Source of the DNA: Rhizomicrobium sp.
GTDB lineage: Bacteria > Pseudomonadota > Alphaproteobacteria > Micropepsales > Micropepsaceae
Direction: 5' to 3'
Assembly: GCA_036502865.1 (NCBI GenBank)
Contig: DASXXW010000097.1
Coordinates: 1-54,851 of the forward strand
DNA: 54,851 nt
Under the pieces are notes generated by a model. The model was given only the letters and a program-made list of their open reading frames with translations, ran no database searches and was not told where the DNA came from. Both the position numbers and the translations under genes were made by a program. This document shows, piece after piece, positions 29,444 through 39,120 of the stretch (its first letter is position 1; every line of letters starts with the position of its first letter).

Positions 29444-30625
29444 TCACGCCTGTTTTTCCCCCGTCGTGGTCCGGAGTTTACCGAATTCCTGTGTGCCCGC
29501 TGTTCGCGATCCGAATTTGTGCCGGAGCGCCCCGGCGGGCTTTTCGAGCCCATAATAGGAAATCGCCGCGACGGCCAGCGAGGCTACGAGACAAATGGGG
29601 GCTTCGAGCTTGTGAGGAAAGCCGGGCACGGCGCGATAGAGGATGATGGGTAGCAGCGGATGCCAGACATAGAGCGAATAGCTCAACAGCCCGATCCAGC
29701 TGACAAAGGAGAAATTGAGAATTGTCTGGACTGCCCTGTAGCGGTCGGAAAACACCAGCGCCGCCAGGATCACCACTACGGCACCGGCCTGCAGTGAGTA
29801 ACGCAACGTCTCGCGAAACCACGGATCACGAATGATCAGGCTCAGGATAATCGCAAGGGCTGCGCCTGCGACGGCCAAGGGATGGCCCAGAAGCGTTACG
29901 AGATTTCTTCCTTGGCGTGTCTCGCAGACAGCGGCAAGCAGGACGCCGAACACGATCGAGTCCAGCCGTAGGTCCGTGTAGTAGAAGATTTTGGTGTCGA
30001 GCCATTGCGGATACGCTGCTGCAAGCAGAATGCGGAGTGCCAGGCAAAGCGCGCAGACAAGGATGAGTGTTGTGATAAGGGTGCGGGGGCGCCGCCGCAG
30101 TATCAAAAAAAGCACGGGAAAGATAAAGTAGAAATGTTCTTCGACTGAAAGCGACCAGAAGATCGAGAAAGGCATGGCGCCTGCACCGACCCGCGTGACG
30201 GCCGGGTCCAGCGCATACAGGTAGTTCGCAAAGTAAAAGAGCGCGGAAAGCGGTTCGTACCAGTCTATGCGCACATGCGTGAACATGCAGAAAAGCACGA
30301 CGCAGGCCGCGTAGACCGTGACCACCGGATAGAGTCGAAAAAAGCGGCGCAAATAGAAGTTTCCAAGGCGGATCCGTCCGGTACTATTTGCCTCGGCGTA
30401 TAAGAGGCGCGTGATGAGGAAGCCGCTCACCACGAAAAACACCAGCACACCAAATCCGCCGGGAAAGATGCGGGAGCTGACGAAATGGGACAGCAGCACA
30501 ATCAGGATGCTGATCGCCCGCAAGCCATCGAGGCTGGGGACGCGATCAAAACTTGCGCGTGTGTCGGACAAATATAATGGATGCTCTGCCGGCACCGCGC
30601 GGAGGGAAGCCGAAAGACTTACCAT
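29444..30625 (-). CDS. Acyltransferase family 3 (OafA-like), copy 1
   Basis: SLDGLRAI, FFVVSGFLIT, RRFFRLYP, WSLSVEEHFY, SYSLYVWH; start uncertain. Confidence 0.92.
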   Translation of the reverse strand: MVSLSASLRAVPAEHPLYLSDTRASFDRVPSLDGLRAISILIVLLSHFVSSRIFPGGFGVLVFFVVSGFLITRLLYAEANSTGRIRLGNFYLRRFFRLYPVVTVYAACVVLFCMFTHVRIDWYEPLSALFYFANYLYALDPAVTRVGAGAMPFSIFWSLSVEEHFYFIFPVLFLILRRRPRTLITTLILVCALCLALRILLAAAYPQWLDTKIFYYTDLRLDSIVFGVLLAAVCETRQGRNLVTLLGHPLAVAGAALAIILSLIIRDPWFRETLRYSLQAGAVVVILAALVFSDRYRAVQTILNFSFVSWIGLLSYSLYVWHPLLPIILYRAVPGFPHKLEAPICLVASLAVAAISYYGLEKPAGALRHKFGSRTAGTQEFGKLRTTTGEKQA

Positions 30626-30677
30626 GAGCTGCAACACTCAACGGCAATCAAGGCGCGACCGATGTATCCGCTTTTCA

Positions 30678-32621
30678 CTACAGCACCGCTGCGGCGCGCA
30701 GGGCAGGAGCGGGCGCATGTGCCGAACTCTCGTTTGACGCGACACTTTCGGCCGACATTTTGCGCCACTGCCCGTACATGAATAGCGCCCATAATCGCGA
30801 CGTATGATCGGCGCCGGAGCGATCGGAAAAGAATTCCGTTGTCATCCCCCTCACCGTCGCGCCATCGAACGGCTCCATCAGAGCCGCATCGGACAGAATG
30901 TCTTCGAGTTGCGGGCGCAGTTTTCCGCGGAGCCATTTTCCGAGCGGTATCGCGAAGCCTTTTTTCGGCCGGTTGACGAATTCCGTTCCAAAGGACTTCG
31001 CCGCTAACCGCTTCAGCAGGTATTTCCCCGTTCCGTTCCGGAGTTTCAAATTGAGCGGCAGGCGCGCACAGAACTCGGCCAGCTCATGATCAAGCAACGG
31101 CGAACGCGCTTCGAGGCTGCAGTGCATCGAAGCGATGTCCATTTTCACCAGAAGATCGTCCGGCAGGTATGTGTGATTGTCGAAATAGAGCATGCGGTCG
31201 AAAGGATCGCGCGCATGTTCGAGTGCGCGCATCAGCCATTGGCGGCGCCAGTGCGGAACGAGTTGTTTGTTGCCCCGTCCACCCAGGAGCTCGCTGCGTG
31301 CGGCATCGTGCCATTGTCCGCGATAATGTATCAGCGATGCGAATTCCGGACGGAGAAATTCGCGCGTGAAGCGGCCGGATGCCCGCGCGATGAAACCATC
31401 GTCACCGGCGGAATCCACGCCGACCCCGAGCAATCGTTCTGCGGGAACCAACGAACCGAAGAGACGGCTCGACATCAGGTTCATCGCCGACAGGCGATAG
31501 CGGGGATAGCCGCCGAGAAGTTCGTCGCCACCATCTCCATTCAGCGCGACCGTAACATTTGCGCGCGCCGTTCTGCTGACAAGGAAGGAAGGTATGGCCG
31601 AGGAATCGCCATAAGGTTCGCCATAGTGCCGGACTATAGCGGGCAATATCGTTTCAACATCTTCCGTGACGATCTGCGCATGATGTTCGGTGCCGCAACG
31701 CCGGGCGACCTCTTCGGCGTAAGGCAACTCGTTGAATCGTTCTTCCTCGAAGCCGACACTGAACGTCTTGATGGGGACCGGCGATAATTTTGCCATAGCT
31801 GCTACGACGGCGCTGGAATCCACGCCTCCGCTTAACAGCGCTCCCAGCGGCACATCGGAAATCATGCGTAGACGCACGGCTTCGGTGAATTTCTCTTTGA
31901 AGGCTTCGAGCGCTTCGTTTTCGCCTATCCTTATTTTTTGTGTGTAGTCGAGATCCCAATATTGGGTGCAGCGCAGGCCGGCTCGCGAAAAGATCGCCCA
32001 ATGCGCGGGCGGAAGCTTCCTGATGCTCTTGTAGATCGTTCGGGGAGCCGGAACGTACAGAAGCTGTAAATACAGCTCCAACGCTTCCATATCCTGTTCG
32101 CGTGACACCGCGGGATGCCGGGACAGTGGCTCGATTTCCGAGCAGAACACCAAACCGTTTGTCGTCAGTGCGTAGTTGAGCGGCTTTTTGCCGAAGCGGT
32201 CTCGCGTCAGAAAAAGTTCCGATTTACGTGCATCCCAGATCGCGATGGCGAACATCCCGCGCAAGCGCCGCACGCAGTCCGGCCCGAAGCGGCGATACAG
32301 TACCAGAATGACTTCCGTATCGCTGCGCGAGCGAAAGATAGTTCCGGCCTGCTCGCACTCGCGCCTGAGTTCCTGGAAATTGTAGATTTCCCCGTTGAAC
32401 ACGATGACATTGCCCGTGTCCGGATCGATCATGGGTTGATGGCCGAGCGGGCTGAGATCGATGATGCTGAGCCTGCGAAAACCGAATCCGCAGCGCTGGC
32501 GTTGTTCGATCCATAATCCGTCGTCGTCGGGACCACGATGGCGGATGGCGCGTGACATGGCCTCCAATGGAGGAGCCGACACGCCGCCGTCGAACCTTAC
32601 CTCACCGGCAATGCCGCACAT
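30678..32621 (-). CDS. asnB: Asparagine synthase (glutamine-hydrolysing)-like amidotransferase, copy 2
   Basis: MCGIAG, HRGPD, FNGEIYN, LSGGVDSS, KMDIASM, LEARSPLLD. Confidence 0.93.
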   Translation of the reverse strand: MCGIAGEVRFDGGVSAPPLEAMSRAIRHRGPDDDGLWIEQRQRCGFGFRRLSIIDLSPLGHQPMIDPDTGNVIVFNGEIYNFQELRRECEQAGTIFRSRSDTEVILVLYRRFGPDCVRRLRGMFAIAIWDARKSELFLTRDRFGKKPLNYALTTNGLVFCSEIEPLSRHPAVSREQDMEALELYLQLLYVPAPRTIYKSIRKLPPAHWAIFSRAGLRCTQYWDLDYTQKIRIGENEALEAFKEKFTEAVRLRMISDVPLGALLSGGVDSSAVVAAMAKLSPVPIKTFSVGFEEERFNELPYAEEVARRCGTEHHAQIVTEDVETILPAIVRHYGEPYGDSSAIPSFLVSRTARANVTVALNGDGGDELLGGYPRYRLSAMNLMSSRLFGSLVPAERLLGVGVDSAGDDGFIARASGRFTREFLRPEFASLIHYRGQWHDAARSELLGGRGNKQLVPHWRRQWLMRALEHARDPFDRMLYFDNHTYLPDDLLVKMDIASMHCSLEARSPLLDHELAEFCARLPLNLKLRNGTGKYLLKRLAAKSFGTEFVNRPKKGFAIPLGKWLRGKLRPQLEDILSDAALMEPFDGATVRGMTTEFFSDRSGADHTSRLWALFMYGQWRKMSAESVASNESSAHAPAPALRAAAVL

Positions 32622-32739
32622 CCACAGGGCCGATCGCCACGGTACAGCCGGGTTATGTCATGATTCGCGTTACGTAACCGTTTGTTTTGCACTCCGAATC
32701 GAAGATGCTGCGATGATGCTCCGAGGGAGTTGACGGCGC

Positions 32740-33582
32740 ATGGCGGCGCTTACGCATGTCGAAAGCCATTTCCGGTTCGGTGAAAACTGGGCCGAATTTG
32801 CTCACAATGTGGATCGCGACCGTATCGACCAGGCGCGGCGCGATCTTGCGAGGTTGATCGGTAAAGAAAACCTTTCCGGGTTGACGTTTCTGGATATCGG
32901 AAGCGGTTCCGGAATTCATTCTCTCGCCGCGTTGCAATTGGGCGCCACGGTGACGGCCATCGATATCGATCCCGAATCGGTAGCGACGACGAAGGGCATG
33001 CTCGAACGTTTTGCCGCCAATGCACCCTGGTGCGCCCGTTTGGCCAGCATATTCAATCTGGAACCGGCGAGCTTCGGCCGCTTCGATATCGTGTATTCCT
33101 GGGGTGTCCTTCACCACACCGGCGCAATGCTCGATGCGATCCGCGCCGCTGCAGGTTTGGTGAAAGACGATGGCGTTTTCTGCGTGGCGCTTTACGGGCA
33201 AACGGCGCTCTGCGGCTTGTGGCGTTGGGAAAAGCGTCTTTACAGTCGTGCTCCCGGTTGGATGCAACGCGCCCTGCAAAAGCTTTATGTAAGCCTGTTC
33301 TGGTTGTTGCAGTCTGCGCGAGGGGCGCGGCGCGGGCGCTTTTTCAGTCTTCGGGAACACGTTCAGAACTACATGCAGCGCCGAGGCATGAACTTTTACA
33401 CCGACGTGCATGACTGGCTTGGCGGATATCCCTATGAATCGATATCGCCCGAGAAGCTTCGCGATTTCATGCGGCAATTGGGTTTCGTGGAGCAGCGCTC
33501 ATTCATTTTGCCGGGCGTCCGGCACGGGCTGCTCGGCTCCGGCTGCGACGAGTATGTGTTTGTGAAGCGGGCTACCCGTTAG
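32740..33582 (+). CDS. Class I SAM-dependent methyltransferase (polysaccharide-locus type)
   Basis: FRFGENW, LDIGSGSG, YSWGVLHHTG, DWLGGYPYE. Confidence 0.9.
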   Translation: MAALTHVESHFRFGENWAEFAHNVDRDRIDQARRDLARLIGKENLSGLTFLDIGSGSGIHSLAALQLGATVTAIDIDPESVATTKGMLERFAANAPWCARLASIFNLEPASFGRFDIVYSWGVLHHTGAMLDAIRAAAGLVKDDGVFCVALYGQTALCGLWRWEKRLYSRAPGWMQRALQKLYVSLFWLLQSARGARRGRFFSLREHVQNYMQRRGMNFYTDVHDWLGGYPYESISPEKLRDFMRQLGFVEQRSFILPGVRHGLLGSGCDEYVFVKRATR

Positions 33583-35060
33583 CGCACCGGCGCGAGGCCC
33601 CATGCATCTCGCCGAGAGCGAAGCATGCTCATCCAGTTCCGGAATGTGCTGCGGTCCAACGCGTAGGTCGCGAGGGCAAATCCGCCCATCCAGATGAGCG
33701 CGCCGGCAATCATGCCGACGAAGGCTGTAGCCGCGCCGTGTAACGGCGGCGCGAAAAGCAAAATGAGAATAGTCCCTGGGCTAGCCGCCAGGAGGGTTGA
33801 AATCGCTCCGCCGAATGGCAGCGAAAGACGAAGTTTCCGTTTCAAAAGCACCAGCCCGAAAACGCCTCCGATTGCCGGCCCTACTATGCGGGCAGCGACA
33901 ATTCCCATCACTCCGAGAAAGGGAACAAGCAAAAGAGCCGAACTCAGGGCAAAGGCCGCTTCGATAGCGGTTTTCGCAAGGCGCCAGAAACCTGAGAGCG
34001 CAACAAACACCGCCCGGTCTGTTGTGATTACGAGAAATTGCACGAGCGCCGCGACAAGCAATCCGATGGCCGGCCATTTGGTGCCGGCATATCGCGAACC
34101 CGCCAGCACTGTCATGGCATAGGGCGTGACGGAGATGGCGAGAAGCGTGAGCGGCACCATGGTGCGCGAGATGTGCACTTGGAGCTCGCGCGCTTTCTCG
34201 AGAAACAATTCTGGAAGGCTTGCATAGCGCGCGAGCCGCTCCAGCGCCACCTTGTCGAGCGAGGTCAGCACCAGCATCACATTGGTGTAGAGCGTCTTTG
34301 CGACGTAATATTCGGCGAGCATTGCCGGTCCGAGAAGGAGGCTGACCAACAGCGTGTCGCCGTCGCCCTTCAGATACCAGAGATAGCCGTCGATATAGAA
34401 CGGAAGTGATTCCGCGATCAGCTTGCGCGGCGGATAAAGCTTCGGCAGCGGTCCGAGGAAAATGTCGCGAACGCAATAGAGTCCGCAAAGCGCGTTGGCT
34501 ATCTGCGCAATGGCAAGACCCCACACAATTCCTTCCAGGCCGAACCAGTAATACATGACGATGGTGATAGGGGGCCGCATCACGGAATCGAGAATTTGAA
34601 TCACGGAGGTGGCGGCGAACTGGCCTCGGCCCCACATGATATTTTCGGCCACCTTGCCGAGCGCCGCACCGATGAAACCGATGACCATGATGCGAATGGC
34701 CCAGGCTTCGTCCGCGGAGTGGAATATCAGCGACGCAATCGCCGGACTCCAGCACAGCGCGCAAAAAGCAACCAGCAGCATGCCCGCCATGATGATGGCC
34801 GTGCCCGTCATCACAAGGCTGCGGGCTTCGGCCTCGTTCTCGCGGATGAGCGAGGGCAGTTTCCGCACAAAGGTCTGAAATATCCCGAAGCTGAAGAACA
34901 GGGTGGAGATGCCGATCAGCATGAGATAGGCGGGAAAAATGGCGAGCTGCGTTTTCGTCAAGATGCGCGCGAAGAGCATCAGCGCGGCCACGCCGAACAT
35001 CTTCGCGATCAGATTGCCCGAAAGCAGTTTCGATATGTCGGTCAGCGCGGCTCTGGCCAT
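33579..35060 (-). CDS. Wzx-type oligosaccharide flippase
   Basis: 493-aa polytopic protein with MOP-flippase-like pattern (FARIL near N-terminus, DTLLVSLLLG...YYVA); locus context. Confidence 0.8.
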   Translation of the reverse strand: MARAALTDISKLLSGNLIAKMFGVAALMLFARILTKTQLAIFPAYLMLIGISTLFFSFGIFQTFVRKLPSLIRENEAEARSLVMTGTAIIMAGMLLVAFCALCWSPAIASLIFHSADEAWAIRIMVIGFIGAALGKVAENIMWGRGQFAATSVIQILDSVMRPPITIVMYYWFGLEGIVWGLAIAQIANALCGLYCVRDIFLGPLPKLYPPRKLIAESLPFYIDGYLWYLKGDGDTLLVSLLLGPAMLAEYYVAKTLYTNVMLVLTSLDKVALERLARYASLPELFLEKARELQVHISRTMVPLTLLAISVTPYAMTVLAGSRYAGTKWPAIGLLVAALVQFLVITTDRAVFVALSGFWRLAKTAIEAAFALSSALLLVPFLGVMGIVAARIVGPAIGGVFGLVLLKRKLRLSLPFGGAISTLLAASPGTILILLFAPPLHGAATAFVGMIAGALIWMGGFALATYALDRSTFRNWMSMLRSRRDAWGLAPVR

Positions 35061-35064
35061 CGTG

Positions 35065-36264
35065 TCACCGCTCGCCGGTTTGCGGCCGGGTCAGCCGCGA
35101 TTCAAAACCGGATGTGAGAGTGCCATAGACCATCGGGTCGTGGGCGCCCGTGCCGTTCGGGACGCGCGGTCTTTCCGTAGGCGCAATCTGCCGGTAGAGC
35201 CGCATGACGAATTGCTGTCCCGGCTGTTCGACATAGCGGAACATCAGCGCTGCGATCCCCAGGCAAATCGCGCAGGTGCAGGCACAGGCCAGGCCATCTC
35301 CGAAACCCATCGCCACGAAATTCGCTATGAGGATAACGCCCACATATTGATGAATCAGGTAGAGCGAATAGGAAACGCGCCCGATCGCGGAGAGCGGCCC
35401 AAAGCTGAAATGGTCGCCCGATGCGAGGAAGGCGACGAAGGCGGCTACCGAAATGAAGATGTAGAGATGCGGCAAATAGGCGGCGACGTGCGGAATCTCA
35501 TAGGCGCGATGGAAGGCTCCGTAGAGCAGAAGCGCCGCCGAAGTGAGAACGAGCGCGGGCATGGTCATTCGCTCGAACATCCAGAACCATATCGCCATGC
35601 CGAACAGGAAGAACGGCGCGTAGGTTACCAGCAGAAGAGATTCGGAATGCCCGCCCTCGAACAGGGCGAGGCCGACGGCTGCTGCGGCCAGGATACCGAT
35701 CCAGAACTGCCGCTGAAGAAACAGATAGGCCGCCGCCACGAGAAGATAGAATTTGATCTCGACCGCGAGAGACCAATAGGCGCCATCGACCGGTTTGCGA
35801 TGCAGATCTGACGGCAGCATGGTGAGATTTGCGAGCGCGTCCCACAAACCAACCCGAAACGCCGGAATCGTGGAGAGCGTGGTGACGATCAACGTCACGA
35901 TCAGGCCGAACAAATAGGCGGGATAGAGACGCGCGAAGCGCTTTGCGGCGAACTCGATCGCGTTCCGGGAACGCAGCACCGTCATGGTGATCACCAAGCC
36001 GGAGATGACGAAGAACAGATGCACGCCGAGACCGCCAAGGCCCAGCACCGCGGGATATGTCGCGCGATAGCCATAGATGTTGGTCGCGTTCCAGGGCGGC
36101 GCCCAGCGCACCAGATAATGGAATAGCAGGACCGAGATGATCGCGATGCCGCGGAAGGCGTCGATCGCTTCGTTCCTTGCATGCGAATCCGATTTTTGCC
36201 CGCGATCCGCCGGAGACATGACATCTGGATCGTTGGACGTAGCCTCGGATGCGAACGGTTTCAT
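35065..36264 (-). CDS. Acyltransferase family 3, copy 2
   Basis: IDAFRGIA, GVHLFFVISG, RFARLYP, WSLAVEIKFY, SYSLYLIH; start uncertain. Confidence 0.92.
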   Translation of the reverse strand: MKPFASEATSNDPDVMSPADRGQKSDSHARNEAIDAFRGIAIISVLLFHYLVRWAPPWNATNIYGYRATYPAVLGLGGLGVHLFFVISGLVITMTVLRSRNAIEFAAKRFARLYPAYLFGLIVTLIVTTLSTIPAFRVGLWDALANLTMLPSDLHRKPVDGAYWSLAVEIKFYLLVAAAYLFLQRQFWIGILAAAAVGLALFEGGHSESLLLVTYAPFFLFGMAIWFWMFERMTMPALVLTSAALLLYGAFHRAYEIPHVAAYLPHLYIFISVAAFVAFLASGDHFSFGPLSAIGRVSYSLYLIHQYVGVILIANFVAMGFGDGLACACTCAICLGIAALMFRYVEQPGQQFVMRLYRQIAPTERPRVPNGTGAHDPMVYGTLTSGFESRLTRPQTGER

Positions 36265-36271
36265 CGCGGCG

Positions 36272-37534
36272 TCACGCAACGGGTGCGCCATCCGTGGCGC
36301 CAATCGCCGGTGATGAGGACGGCGCAATCGAATTGTTGCCGAGCGCTGCAGCATAGGCGGCAACAAGTTTCGGTGCTTCATGCGGCCATGCCAGCGCATC
36401 GCGAACGCGTGCGCGACCGAACGCGGCCATCGTGGCGCGGCGCGCAGGATCGTCCAAAAGTTCCAGAATGCGATCGCCGAAATCTGCAGTGTCCGTGTTG
36501 CGCGCGTAAAGCGACGCTTCCTGCGCGGAGAAACGGCCTTCGGTCAGGTCGAACTGCACGATGGGTTTGCCGAGCGCCATATATTCCATGATCTTGTTCA
36601 TGGTGGATTTGTCGTTCATGACGTTGGGACGATCCGGATTGACGCAGATATCCGCCGTCGAAAGTGCCGTGAACAAAGTTGCATCGTCGATCCGACCGGT
36701 GAAGGTCACGAAATCGTCGAGGCCGCCCGCGCGTGAAATCTCGCGGATTGTATCGAGTTCCGGCCCGCCACCCATCACGACGAACTGCACATCGGACCGC
36801 CCGCGCGCCTGAACGATATGCGCGACCGAGTCCAGCAGGAGATCCAGTCCCTCCTGTGCGCCGATGACACCGACATAACCTACAAGAAAGGCGCGGCCGT
36901 TCTTCCATTTCGCGTCGGGCGGAACTTCGCGCACCCGCGAAAGATTAGGGCCCGACCGCACCACGAAAACTTTCTCCGGCGCCATGCGGCCGCGACCGAC
37001 AGCGATCTCGCGATAGGAATTGTTGGTCGCGATCGAGACATCCGACAACGCGAAGCTGCGGCGCTCGAACCAGCACAGCAGTTTCCAGAAGACATCGCGG
37101 CGGCCGAATTTCGCTTCGTAAAGTTCGGGTCCGATATCGTGCTGGTCGAAGATGAATCGCACGCCGAAAAAGATTTTCCAGAAACCCGCGACCAGAAAGA
37201 TAAGGTCGGGCGGGTTGCAGGCCTGAATGACATCGAAACCGCGCGCGATCCACACGCGCACGCTGAGCACGAATTCCCAGAACAGCGCGCTGGAATACTC
37301 GAGTAGATAGCCGGCTGCACCGCGCGCCTCGAAGGGCAGCTTATGGCGCCAGACATGGATGCCGTCGATGACCTCGAATGATTTCTGGGCGTCGCGTCCC
37401 TTGGGACAAATAACCGACACATCGTAACCGGCCGCGCGCAATGTCGTCGCTTCCGACCAGACGCGCCGGTCGAAAGGCACGGGCAGGTTTTCGACGATAA
37501 TCAGAACGCGCGGCATGTTACGCGACCGATCCAT
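36272..37534 (-). CDS. Glycosyltransferase family 4 (WbuB-like)
   Basis: ENLPVPFDRRVW, NPPD, STMNKIMEYMALG. Confidence 0.92.
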   Translation of the reverse strand: MDRSRNMPRVLIIVENLPVPFDRRVWSEATTLRAAGYDVSVICPKGRDAQKSFEVIDGIHVWRHKLPFEARGAAGYLLEYSSALFWEFVLSVRVWIARGFDVIQACNPPDLIFLVAGFWKIFFGVRFIFDQHDIGPELYEAKFGRRDVFWKLLCWFERRSFALSDVSIATNNSYREIAVGRGRMAPEKVFVVRSGPNLSRVREVPPDAKWKNGRAFLVGYVGVIGAQEGLDLLLDSVAHIVQARGRSDVQFVVMGGGPELDTIREISRAGGLDDFVTFTGRIDDATLFTALSTADICVNPDRPNVMNDKSTMNKIMEYMALGKPIVQFDLTEGRFSAQEASLYARNTDTADFGDRILELLDDPARRATMAAFGRARVRDALAWPHEAPKLVAAYAAALGNNSIAPSSSPAIGATDGAPVA

Positions 37535-37563
37535 TTTTCTCCTCGATCAAAGTCGAGTCGAAA

Positions 37564-37582
37564 CGCCCGGACGAGCCGGGCG
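37564..37582 (-). terminator. GC hairpin between the dehydrogenase and GT4 genes (weak terminator or stability element)
   Basis: CGCCCGG-ACGAG-CCGGGCG; followed on the minus strand by only TTT. Confidence 0.35.
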
Positions 37583-37617
37583 ATAACAAAGAAACGCACA
37601 CCGTCTAAATCCGGTCG

Positions 37618-38928
37618 TTACCAGTTCACGCCGTCATAGCCGGCATGTTCCCGCATCTGCGGCACATAGGCGAAGTCGAGCAGGATCTGTTCCGGCTCCA
37701 TGAGTTCGGGCGCATCGAGATAATCCGGCGAAAATGCCGTCATCAGCACGACGTCGGCATCTCTCACTGCGTCTTCCATCGAATCCACGAAGAGGCTCGC
37801 AATATGCGGAATGACATCGGTCACGTAGTCGCGGTTGGCGCCCATCAGCATCGAGACGTTGACGTTCTTGTCGTAGATCCGGATCGAGCAGCCCTTGCCG
37901 AGCAGACGCTCCGTCAGAAGGATGAACGGACTCTCGCGCATGTCGTCGGTATCGGCCTTGAACGAACAGCCGAGCAGCGCAATGCGTTTCTTGCCGTAAG
38001 AAAGCACCCAGTCGCAGGCCCGGTCGATCTGATGCGCATTGCTCGGAATGATGGATTGGAGGAGCGGCACGTTGAGGTCGAGGGTGCGCGCGAAGTAGGT
38101 GAGCGCGCGCGTGTCCTTCGGCAGGCAGGAGCCGCCAAACGCAAAGCCCGGTTTGAGATAGGCCGGCGAGATATTGAGTTTCGTGTCCATCGTCATCATG
38201 CGCATGGCCGCATGGCTGTCGATTCCGAGCGCCTTGCAGAGATTGCCGATTTCGTTGGCGAAACTCACCTTCACGGCGTGCCAGGAATTGTCGACATATT
38301 TGGTGAATTGCGCGAGTTCCGGCGTGGTGCGCACGAATTCGCCCGGCAGACCCTCATATAATGAGGCCACCACATCGCCCGTGTCCTCATCATCGCAGCC
38401 GATGACGGTCTTTTCCGGATGCAGGAAGTCCGACACCGCGGAACCTTCACGCAGGAACTCGGGATTGACGGCTACCGTGAACCCCTCCCCGGCGCGCTTG
38501 CCCGATGAAGATGCGAGCGCGGGGAGCACGAGGCCGCGAAAAGTTCCCGGAAGCATGGTTGAGCGGACGACAACCGTGTGCGGCGTGGATTTTTGCGCAA
38601 TGGCTGCGCCGATCTCGTGTGAAACTTTTTCGACAGCGCGCGTATCGAGCCGTCCGGATGAAAGTGCCGGAGTTCCCACGCAAATGATGGAGATATCACT
38701 GTCCAGTACGGCTTCCCGCGCATCCGTCGTCGCGCGCAGCGTGCCCGTTTCGGCGGCGCGGGCGACAATGCCGCCCACATCTTTCTCGACGATCGGTGCC
38801 TGGCGTTGGTTGATCAGCCCGGTTTTGGCCGGGTTGCTGTCAACCCCGATGACCCGGTGGCCTCGCATGGCGAAGCAGGCTGCGGAAACCGTGCCTACAT
38901 AGCCGAGCCCAAAAACGCTGAGCTTCAT
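37618..38928 (-). CDS. GDP-mannose 6-dehydrogenase-like nucleotide sugar dehydrogenase (AlgD-like)
   Basis: MKLSVFGLGYVG, NPEFLREG, KLNISPAYLKPGFAFGGSCLPKD, FKADTDDMRESP, Trp C-terminus; start trimmed to 38928. Confidence 0.88.
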   Translation of the reverse strand: MKLSVFGLGYVGTVSAACFAMRGHRVIGVDSNPAKTGLINQRQAPIVEKDVGGIVARAAETGTLRATTDAREAVLDSDISIICVGTPALSSGRLDTRAVEKVSHEIGAAIAQKSTPHTVVVRSTMLPGTFRGLVLPALASSSGKRAGEGFTVAVNPEFLREGSAVSDFLHPEKTVIGCDDEDTGDVVASLYEGLPGEFVRTTPELAQFTKYVDNSWHAVKVSFANEIGNLCKALGIDSHAAMRMMTMDTKLNISPAYLKPGFAFGGSCLPKDTRALTYFARTLDLNVPLLQSIIPSNAHQIDRACDWVLSYGKKRIALLGCSFKADTDDMRESPFILLTERLLGKGCSIRIYDKNVNVSMLMGANRDYVTDVIPHIASLFVDSMEDAVRDADVVLMTAFSPDYLDAPELMEPEQILLDFAYVPQMREHAGYDGVNW

Positions 38929-39120
38929 TTTTGTTATCCTTCCGCCCGGCTTTGCGCGCGAATCAGGCCCCACAACAGGAATCAGAGTCACGACCCCGAT
39001 ACAAGTACGGACACCTTGCAAAACCGTAGCTAAGAATTCGTTTACGCGGCGCGAATTGCAGAAAGAATTTTGTAAGTTGCGGGTATGTGACACCTTCAGA
39101 AAAGTAAGGCGTCCCCTTGA

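Noticed and set aside
23757-32621. asnB genes as lasso-peptide cyclases or a recent duplication
   Set aside because: Both keep the Ntn Cys, sit among glycosyltransferases, have no precursor or B-protein genes nearby, and are clearly divergent from each other
39017-39032. Sigma54 promoter upstream of the dehydrogenase (minus strand TAGCTACGGTTTTGCA)
   Set aside because: The -12 TTGC is present but the invariant -24 GG is not
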